NCBI GenBank assembly: GCA_030613665.1
Contig: JAUWLN010000001.1
Coordinates: forward strand, 1 to 31,825
Length of the DNA: 31,825 nt
Reading direction: 5' to 3'
From: Dehalococcoidia bacterium
GTDB lineage: Bacteria > Chloroflexota > Dehalococcoidia > Dehalococcoidales > RBG-16-60-22
Numbering within the stretch: the first letter of the stretch is position 1; each line of letters begins with the position of its first letter. The notes under the pieces are model-generated. The model was not told where the DNA came from and did not search any database. It saw only the letters and a program-made list of their open reading frames with translations. Positions 25,048 through 31,825 of the stretch are shown here, in pieces. A program made the position numbers and the translations under genes.

Positions 25048-26456
25048 GCCTGCGCACGCGTCTATTTACCACTTACATTTTAGTCGTTGTCCTCTGTCTG
25101 GCCATTGTGGCCGTGGTCACCACCGCTCTGCTTCAGGGGCAGCGCGATAAGCTGACGATGCAGCGCCTGGACGATATGGCTCGCCCGATTCAAGTTCAGG
25201 TGCTCTCTCTTTTTCGCGGTCAGGTATCCGCGGGAGAGTTATTAGACAACTTAAAAGAGCAGGCCCAGCAAAACAATGTCTACATTATCCTGGGCGACGG
25301 GAAGGGAGATGCTGTCAGACAGGTAGCGCCTGGCCGCACTCCAAGGCTGATTGAGTTGCCCCCCGCTGCGCTTCCCCATGACCTCACCGGCTCCATACAG
25401 GGGACACTTGTCTCCTCAGCAGGAAAGACCTATATCTTCGCCGCCTATCCCCTGGTCAGACCATCCAGCACGCAGGAGGCCGCACTTTTTGAGACCATAG
25501 TCCTGGCCACTCCCAGGGCTGGGGCCTGGAACATCCTGGCCAGCTTGTTCCGACCCGTTTTTCTGGCCGGGCTTATTGCCCTTTTTGTTTCCCTGATAAT
25601 TGCTATCATATTCGCCCGCTCGATTTACCGGCCGGTAAATCGAGTTACCGCCGCTGCCGAGAGAATCGCCCGGGGTCAGTATGACCAGGAAATTCCGGAA
25701 ACCGGGCCGAGAGAGGTCAAGGGGCTGGCCAGGAGCTTCAACCAGATGGCAAGACAGGTGAAACACTCCCAGCAGCAACTTCGCCATTTCGTTGCCGATG
25801 TATCACACCAGTTGAAAACCCCCCTGACCTCAATTCAGGGATTTTCCCAGGCCTTGCTTGATGGCACGGCGAGTGATAAAGGCACGAAGCTAAAAGCGGC
25901 CACCATAATCAATGAGGAGGCAAACCTGATGAGGCGTCAGGTTGACGAACTTCTTGAGTTAGCCCGAATGCAGGCGGGACATCTTAAACTCTCACGGGAG
26001 ACGGTTAATGTTGGTGAACTTCTGGAGCACTGCCGCGAGATTTTGACGGTGCAGGCGGAGGAAAAGAAAATCGAAATTAAGATTGATGTTGCGCCAGCGT
26101 TGGCTGTAATCGGTGATGCTGACCGTCTGGAGCAGGTCTTCAGTAATATCCTGGATAACGTACTGAAAAACAGCCCCGCACAGAGCCTGGTTGAGATTGC
26201 CGCCCACAATCTGAAAGATGAAACGGTAGAAGTCAGGATAATTGACAGCGGGCCCGGGATACCACCGGAGCAATTAGCCTACGTATTTGAGCGGTTCTAT
26301 CAGGCGGGCGGAGTAAGAAGCGGCGCAGGGTTGGGGCTGGCCATAGCCAGGGAGATAATAACTGCGCATGGAGGAACTATAGAAGCGCAGAGCGAGCCCG
26401 GGGCTGGGGCTGAGTTTATCATCAGACTACCGGCTGGTCAGAGCCTTCAGGAATAA
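25044..26456 (+). CDS. Membrane sensor histidine kinase (2 TM, HAMP, HisKA, HATPase)
   Basis: Two TMs, HAMP (GPREVKGLARSFNQM), H-box VSHQLKTPLTSI, N-box NILDN, DSGPGI, FERFY, GAGLGLAI; ATGA overlap with the regulator. Confidence 0.95.
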   Translation: MSLRTRLFTTYILVVVLCLAIVAVVTTALLQGQRDKLTMQRLDDMARPIQVQVLSLFRGQVSAGELLDNLKEQAQQNNVYIILGDGKGDAVRQVAPGRTPRLIELPPAALPHDLTGSIQGTLVSSAGKTYIFAAYPLVRPSSTQEAALFETIVLATPRAGAWNILASLFRPVFLAGLIALFVSLIIAIIFARSIYRPVNRVTAAAERIARGQYDQEIPETGPREVKGLARSFNQMARQVKHSQQQLRHFVADVSHQLKTPLTSIQGFSQALLDGTASDKGTKLKAATIINEEANLMRRQVDELLELARMQAGHLKLSRETVNVGELLEHCREILTVQAEEKKIEIKIDVAPALAVIGDADRLEQVFSNILDNVLKNSPAQSLVEIAAHNLKDETVEVRIIDSGPGIPPEQLAYVFERFYQAGGVRSGAGLGLAIAREIITAHGGTIEAQSEPGAGAEFIIRLPAGQSLQE

Positions 26457-26522
26457 AGCCCTTCTGTTATTCTGCGCGTTTTGACATTTTGGGCTATTAT
26501 GCCATAACTGCAACGAGGGTTG

Positions 26523-27275
26523 CTAGAGCATTACTGTGCCGCCATCCGCGCTCAGGCTTTGCCCGGTCATATAAGACGATTTCTCGGAAGCCAAGAACAT
26601 CACCACCGAGGTTATTTCTTCAGGCTGGCATATTCTTCGCATCGGTGTTTGCGGCAGCATCTCCTCAATATAGTGAGGACTGTCTTTCATAAATTGTTTC
26701 GTCAGCCCGGCGTCAACAACTCCCGGACAGACTGCATTGACTCTTATGTTGTGCTCAGCAGTGAGAGCCGCTAATGACCTGGTCACCGAGATTACTGCCG
26801 CCTTGGACGCAGCATAAGGCGCTGCCTGAGGTGCTGCCCTCCTGCCCTGCTGTGAGGAAATATTTATAATTCTGCCGAACTTCTGATTTATCATGTACGG
26901 CAAAACCGCCTTACAGAGGCGTACTGTTACCATCAAATTAAGTTCCACGATTCGGTACCAGATGGACTCCGGTGTTTCCAGGAACGGCAAGACCTTATTC
27001 CAGCCAATGCTGTTCACCAGCACGTCTATTCTGCCAAATTTTTCCGCAATTCCAGCGATAGCATCCTGGACTTTTTCTTCTTTGGTGGCATCAATGACTA
27101 CCACAGAAGCCTTGCCTCCGCCTGATTCTATCTCACGGGCTACTCGTTGCGCTTCTTCCTCTGCGCTGTCCAGGATAATCGTTATGCCGCCTTCTCGCGC
27201 AAAGCCCTGAGCAATATTTGCGCCGATACCGCCAGCCCCTCCCGCAACCACCACAACCATGTCTTTAAATTCCAT
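26523..27275 (-). CDS. Short-chain dehydrogenase/reductase (FabG-like classical SDR)
   Basis: GGAGGIG, IDVLVNS, NISS, YAASK, IRVNAVCPG, TGQSLSADGG. Confidence 0.92.
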   Translation of the reverse strand: MEFKDMVVVVAGGAGGIGANIAQGFAREGGITIILDSAEEEAQRVAREIESGGGKASVVVIDATKEEKVQDAIAGIAEKFGRIDVLVNSIGWNKVLPFLETPESIWYRIVELNLMVTVRLCKAVLPYMINQKFGRIINISSQQGRRAAPQAAPYAASKAAVISVTRSLAALTAEHNIRVNAVCPGVVDAGLTKQFMKDSPHYIEEMLPQTPMRRICQPEEITSVVMFLASEKSSYMTGQSLSADGGTVML

Positions 27276-27434
27276 TATCTCTCCTAAAATACCAGGGTTA
27301 TCATTTCAGACACATGCGGAAAAATTCAATAACTGATTTAACCCTAACTTAAAAAGGCCGATAATTCAACATGGGCAGGTAAATAGTGTTGAGGGAGTGG
27401 CGGATAACTTCAGTCAGGTTATTTGATTCCTGGC

Positions 27435-27716
27435 CTATTCCTCGGCTTCATCTATCTCCAGGGCTATTGTAATATCATCTTTAACGATACCTGCTACCAG
27501 GACCTTTAGCCCTGCCTCGGGTTCCACTCTGATTAACGCTTCGCTCACATCGACAATCCGAATCTTATCATCGACAATTACTTTCCAGGTATGGCCATCG
27601 ATGGCCTTGATGACGCCATTAAAATCAATGACTGCTGCTTCCTCTTTGACAGCCTCGATTTCTACCTCAAGGGCGAGGACAGACGGATTAACCGGAAAAT
27701 CGATAGAATAATCGGA
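27435..27716 (-). pseudogene. Start-less 3' gene fragment encoding a DUF5666-like repeat (not in the ORF track)
   Basis: Open minus frame between TAG codons at 27717-27719 and 27435-27437: ...VLALEVEIEAVKEEAAVIDFNGVIKAIDGHTWKVIVDDKIRIVDVSEALIRVEPEAGLKVLVAGIVKDDITIALEIDEAEE*. It matches the F.G.I..I.G..W.V...V.V.....I......G..V.V.G......A.EI pattern. No 5' start codon. Confidence 0.6.
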
Positions 27717-28214
27717 CTAATAAACGCCAGCCTGAACGATAAATACTGGGAAGATAATATATCGCGACTTGATGCGAGGCTTGGCAGGAAGGTATTCCAG
27801 AAGGAGCTGGCAGCGGCCGTAAGTCTGGAGGCACAGGTAAAAATGCTCTCAAAGCAGATATCGGCGCTGGAGAGGATAATTGAACGCAAGGAGAATCAAG
27901 GCCGGCCCACCGATGCGGAAGAGGCCAGGCTGGCAGCGATTCACAATGCACTGCCAGCATTTCAAGAGGTTCTGGAAGACCTGGCTCAAACAGATAAGGT
28001 TCTTGCCGAAGTCGCCCTCGGTGATGCGAGGGATATGACGGTGAATAATCCCAAGTTTGAAAAGGCCTACAATCGTTACCTGGATAGGGCCGAGCAGCAG
28101 ATGAATAAGGCCATGGCAGCGCTCGAAGATGGCAAGTCAGCCAGGGCGATTAAATATTTTAAGAACGCCTGGTATTATGCCCAGAAAGCTATTAGATATG
28201 CGAGCAGAAATTAG
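27678..28214 (+). pseudogene. 3' fragment of an all-helical domain protein; the ORF-track N-terminus (27591-27677) is antisense to the DUF5666-like fragment
   Basis: From about 27678 the frame is strongly protein-like (INRKIDRIIGLINASLNDKYWEDNISRLDARLGRKVFQKE...AIKYFKNAWYYAQKA). The upstream 29 codons are Cys/Asp-rich, lack an RBS and are better explained by the opposite strand. Confidence 0.55.
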
Positions 28215-28459
28215 GTGTATCGGTCTGCCTTCAAAAGAGCAAAGCATTTCTTAATACCGGCGACCGAATAGCTATATGGTAGGTTCTACTGTGAGCATCC
28301 TTTCCTATGACTTGCCTCTGAAAACCGGTCCAGTCGAAATAGCAGATTGAGGGAAGGGGTGGATTTGCCAATTGCACATTTCAGACTATTGTTATGTGTT
28401 AAGCGGTTAAAAAATTCAGATTTTTGTTTCTTAGCTGAGCCTAATCGCTGAGCTTCAAA

Positions 28460-29230
28460 TTAAATGGTAATTCGCATACCTTCTTTAGCCAAGGTGACCG
28501 GAGTATTTAAAATCTGAGAGACTAGTGCCGCTTCCTCTTTGATCTCTTTTTCCAGAGACGGATTCATGTGCACAGCGATTACCGTGGGCAGATATCCCTT
28601 GAGCTCTTGAAACTGGACCAGCTCTTCATGGAGAAAAGCTGGAGTGAGATGTCCCGTCTTTCTGGCAAATTCATCATAGCTGTTAGATACAGTTACATCA
28701 ACAATTAGCACCTGGGGGGACAGGTGTTGCCAGCAGTGTGATAGACCAGGCTCGGTATCTGCGGTATAGAATATAGCTTTTCCTTTATCGTCTTTGATTT
28801 GATAGCCAACCGTGATACCCTGATGGTTTACCGGTATAGCAAGGACTTCATACACGTCTATCCTCTGCGTTTCATAAGGCTCAATAAATTTGAAATTGAT
28901 GGCTGGTTTTTCTTCGGCTGACTCCTGAAATTTGGGATAGAGCGTGCCGTTTAGCAAGTGGGTTTCAATTGCCTGGCATACGCTAGGGGTAGAATAGACA
29001 TCGATGCCGCCGCCATTTAGGGCCAGGTTCAGCGCCAGGGTCGGAATGTCCCGAATATGGTCATAATGTTGGTGAGTTAATATAACCGCTTCAAGTTTGG
29101 TCTGGTCTAGCACAGATAAACCTGAAGTCAACCCGCCAGCGTCTACCGCCAAGACACCATCGATAACTATTGAAACGCACCTTGCTCCCTTGGATTCAAC
29201 GTTGTGCGCTCCTAAAATGTGAATATCCAT
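28460..29230 (-). CDS. Metallo-beta-lactamase-fold hydrolase, class II cyclic-nucleotide phosphodiesterase-like
   Basis: MDIHILGAHN start (ATG 29230), LAVDAGGL, THQHYDHIRD (HxHxDH), VNH...VGY, YTADT, GHLTP, VHM. Confidence 0.78.
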   Translation of the reverse strand: MDIHILGAHNVESKGARCVSIVIDGVLAVDAGGLTSGLSVLDQTKLEAVILTHQHYDHIRDIPTLALNLALNGGGIDVYSTPSVCQAIETHLLNGTLYPKFQESAEEKPAINFKFIEPYETQRIDVYEVLAIPVNHQGITVGYQIKDDKGKAIFYTADTEPGLSHCWQHLSPQVLIVDVTVSNSYDEFARKTGHLTPAFLHEELVQFQELKGYLPTVIAVHMNPSLEKEIKEEAALVSQILNTPVTLAKEGMRITI

Positions 29231-29261
29231 GGATTTATTTCGATTTCCCCAATAAAATACA

Positions 29262-30434
29262 TTAATAGGCAATACTTTCCGTGTTTGAGGCTTTTTGCTG
29301 CCCTTTGTAACCGGAGGCAAATGCCTCCACTGCGAATGGGCAGAACTGGGTACCGGAACATCTGGTTAGTTCCTGGATAGCATAGTCCGCACTTAGTGCG
29401 GCGCGGTAGGAGCGGCCCGTGGTCATCGTGTCAAAGGCATCGGCAATAGCCAGAAGCCTGGCTCCTATCGGTATATCCTCTCCTTTAATGCCATCTGGAT
29501 ATCCACTGCCATCATATCTTTCATGATGATGCAGGACGAGTATTCTCGCCTTTTCTAAAAATGGTATGTCTTTTAAGATATTTGAGCCTATTCTGGGATG
29601 TTGCCGTATTATTTCCCATTCGTGCTCATCTAGCGGCCCTGGTTTGCTCAGTATCCCATCGGCAATGCCTATTTTCCCAATATCATGAAGAATGCCGGCA
29701 TATTCCAGAATTTCAAGCTCATCTCTGGGGAGTGAAAGAGACAGGCCCCCCATGAGAGTGTATTCCATCACGCGTTGAGAGTGGCCTCGGGTATAATGGT
29801 CTTTGGCGTCGATGGCCGCCGCCAGTGCTTTAATTGTGCTTTTATAGGCACTAAGTACGCTCTGGTGTAACTGAGCGTTTTCCAGGGCTATGGCCGCTGT
29901 TGGTGCCACTGAAGTTAGCGTTTCTAAATCCTGCTCATTGAAATCGCTGCCATCCGTTTTATTTAGCACTTCAATTACGCCGATTACTTTGCGATGCACA
30001 ATGAGCGGGACACAGATAATGGATTTTGTGATGAAGCCGGTAACTTCGTCAATGCTTCCGTTAAAACGCCAGTCAGTGTTGACGTCATTGATTATTATGG
30101 GCTCTTCATGTTGGGCAACCCAGCCGGCAATGCCAGATTTGGCATTCAGCTTCATTTTCCGCAACGCCTTTTCTGATTTACCTTCAGCAATCTCGAAGCG
30201 CAGTTCTCGCTCCTCATCATCGAAGAGAAGAACTGAAGAGGCGGTAGCCTTAAGCGTGCGCTGCGTCATCTGTGTGATTTCTTTCACCAATTGGCTCAGT
30301 TCTGATACCGAGCCCACTTTTTTGCCAACGGCATAGAGAAGGTCCAGCATAGCGCCGGCTTCTTGGGCGACCGTACCGTATTCGTGGTCTGGTTTTCCCT
30401 CTGGCCTTGATTGGTCAAATTCAAATCCGGTCAT
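29262..30434 (-). CDS. GAF + HD-GYP domain phosphodiesterase
   Basis: GAF (GIAGWVA...PIIIND, SIICVPL...VIGVIEVLNK) followed by KDHYTRGHSQRV, LHDIGKIGI, HHERYDGSGYPDG, IADAFDTMT..RSYR. Start likely MTGFEF (ATG 30434). Confidence 0.93.
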   Translation of the reverse strand: MTGFEFDQSRPEGKPDHEYGTVAQEAGAMLDLLYAVGKKVGSVSELSQLVKEITQMTQRTLKATASSVLLFDDEERELRFEIAEGKSEKALRKMKLNAKSGIAGWVAQHEEPIIINDVNTDWRFNGSIDEVTGFITKSIICVPLIVHRKVIGVIEVLNKTDGSDFNEQDLETLTSVAPTAAIALENAQLHQSVLSAYKSTIKALAAAIDAKDHYTRGHSQRVMEYTLMGGLSLSLPRDELEILEYAGILHDIGKIGIADGILSKPGPLDEHEWEIIRQHPRIGSNILKDIPFLEKARILVLHHHERYDGSGYPDGIKGEDIPIGARLLAIADAFDTMTTGRSYRAALSADYAIQELTRCSGTQFCPFAVEAFASGYKGQQKASNTESIAY

Positions 30435-30505
30435 ATTTTTGGTTTGGCTCTGATTTTCTCGATGGCATACGGCTTTCATTTTCAGAATTCTCCAGGCTCT
30501 TATCC

Positions 30506-31825
30506 TTATGAGTAGTACCAATATACGTCATCTGGTTTACCGGTATCATCATGCTTGCCTTTTTCGCCCGGCATTTCAGTCTCTATGATATTTTCTGGAT
30601 TTTTACCGCCAAGTATTTCAACGATGCTTATTTCGTTACTGGTGATTTTTTCATCATCAAGCTGTAGATCGAGGTGTATCAGCCAGCCACTTCCTTCCTG
30701 AGCATCCCAGTTGCCCTGGTAGTTAAATACCACCTCGCCCCCGGCTATACCTTTAATGTCGAAGCGGGCAACCCCTTCGGCCATATACCGCAGGGCAATA
30801 GTATATTCTCCGCTCATCGGTTCTACAATACTTATCGATTGCGTGTCTTCAGACGAGAAATATGATTGCGAGCCCAGAATTTGGTTATAGGAAAAACCGC
30901 TCTGTGAAATTCCCGTGCTGGAGCCTGTCGGATCGGTTACCGAGGCAACCGCCGGCATATCAACCGTGATGATGATTTCAGATTTGGGGGGAGGCGTTGT
31001 CAAAGGTTGAGAAGGTACTGTCCCGGTTTCCACCTGAGTCTCCTTGCTGGGCGGTAACTGCACCTCTTCTCCCTGCGCGATAATACTAACCAATCCTTCT
31101 GTGGTCGCTACCTTTGTTGCGCCAGTTGCTCCGACCTCAGTCGCGAACATCGTGCCCCGTACTACGGCGGTGGCGGACGGTGTCTCAATCTGGTAATGCG
31201 AGCCAGGGTCTGCCATTTTCACCACGCGACTCCAGGTCCTGCCCAGCCATTGCTTCAAAACAATCGTGGTTGCACGCTCCTCATTAAATTCGATTTGCTG
31301 GATTTCCACATCACTGTTTGGTTCGAGTTTGATGGTACTGCCCTCGAAGAAAGTAAGTAGAGCATGAGAGTCTGGGGCCGTCTTTATACGTGCGCCTGCA
31401 TTTAAGGTCATACCGTCATCACCTGTTTGTCTACCGGTCGCTCCTGATTTTTGAATCTCAACGCTGCCCGATAGTATGCTCAGGGTACATTGGGAGTTTA
31501 ATGCTGGCGGTGAGAAAAGGGAGCCAGGTATCCCGGTAAGGATAACGCTCAGGATAAGGATGAAGGTCAGGGCGACAGGAATAGCGACCTTTTTGGGGCT
31601 TATCACCTGCCATATAGCCGGCCATATTTGGCTCATCCCATGGGGAGGTGCTGGACGTTCTGGACTTTTCCGGCTTCCCTGGCGAATCTTTGCCATCAGG
31701 CGTGCTTTAGCGGCATTCCGGAAAGCATCCGACGGGGCCACTCTGGGCAAAGTGGTTAAACGGAGCGCTGTGTGCAGTAGCGGCGCCACCTGTTCTTTAA
31801 CTTCGGGGTATGATGACCGACATTC
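30506..31825 (-). CDS. Membrane-anchored FecR-domain protein with a Chloroflexi anti-sigma-like N-terminus (5' end outside the window)
   Basis: The frame stays open to the window edge (ECRSSYPEVKEQVAPLLHTALRL...PSDAFRNAAKARL), then a TM (VAIPVALTFILILSVIL), FecR motif (IKTAPDSHALLTFFEGSTIKLEPNS...IETPSATAVVRGTMF) and a further beta-rich domain. Confidence 0.8.
   Translation of the reverse strand, partial: ECRSSYPEVKEQVAPLLHTALRLTTLPRVAPSDAFRNAAKARLMAKIRQGSRKSPERPAPPHGMSQIWPAIWQVISPKKVAIPVALTFILILSVILTGIPGSLFSPPALNSQCTLSILSGSVEIQKSGATGRQTGDDGMTLNAGARIKTAPDSHALLTFFEGSTIKLEPNSDVEIQQIEFNEERATTIVLKQWLGRTWSRVVKMADPGSHYQIETPSATAVVRGTMFATEVGATGATKVATTEGLVSIIAQGEEVQLPPSKETQVETGTVPSQPLTTPPPKSEIIITVDMPAVASVTDPTGSSTGISQSGFSYNQILGSQSYFSSEDTQSISIVEPMSGEYTIALRYMAEGVARFDIKGIAGGEVVFNYQGNWDAQEGSGWLIHLDLQLDDEKITSNEISIVEILGGKNPENIIETEMPGEKGKHDDTGKPDDVYWYYS

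Noticed and set aside
27593-27606. 14-bp palindrome GGCCATCGATGGCC near the junction
   Set aside because: Lies inside the DUF5666-like coding frame (KAIDGH), about 80 bp from the strand switch; likely coincidental.
27685-27700. Weak similarity between GGATTAACCGGAAA (27685) and GGTTTACCGGTAT (30534) as paired recombination sites or a target duplication
   Set aside because: Only an ACCGG core plus scattered matches, which is within chance expectation.
30435-30521. ORF-track extension of the HD-GYP gene, and an alternative-frame hydrophilic tail for the FecR gene
   Set aside because: The extension overlaps the FecR stop and lacks domain signal; a frameshift to extend FecR has no homology support from sequence alone.
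1-31825. tRNA, rRNA, IS element, integrase, prophage or defence system
   Set aside because: No cloverleaf, rRNA signature, transposase/recombinase motif, terminal inverted repeats or defence domains were recognised.

Overview
This is chromosomal DNA, most likely from a monoderm Chloroflexota (Dehalococcoidia-like) genome; the taxonomy is inferred from gene style, not from a marker gene. No rRNA, tRNA, CRISPR array, transposase or integrase was recognised. Left part (minus strand): a type IV pilus locus (pilB, pilC, three pilin-like genes, pilO-like, fused pilM-pilN, pilT, prepilin peptidase), then a two-parvulin foldase, hom, thrC and a partial folE that the ORF track missed. pilC and the prepilin peptidase each carry a +1 frameshift, the latter in a G8 tract, and the peptidase also lacks its normal C-terminus. 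Middle: hyi-glxR, a short J-domain protein, a hypothetical protein, an MFS transporter, a DNA-repair radical SAM gene with a LexA-type box over its -10 element, a SIS/tartrate-dehydrogenase-like/serine-hydrolase cassette and a small HhH protein. Right: a secreted protein of three ~118-aa repeats followed by an OmpR/HK pair, an SDR, a head-to-head junction of two start-less gene 3' ends (~27680), an MBL hydrolase plus GAF-HD-GYP pair, and a partial membrane-anchored FecR-domain protein. Best leads: the 27.4-28.2 kb junction, the possibly phase-variable or decaying pilus locus, the repeat protein with its two-component system, and the SOS-boxed orphan radical SAM gene.
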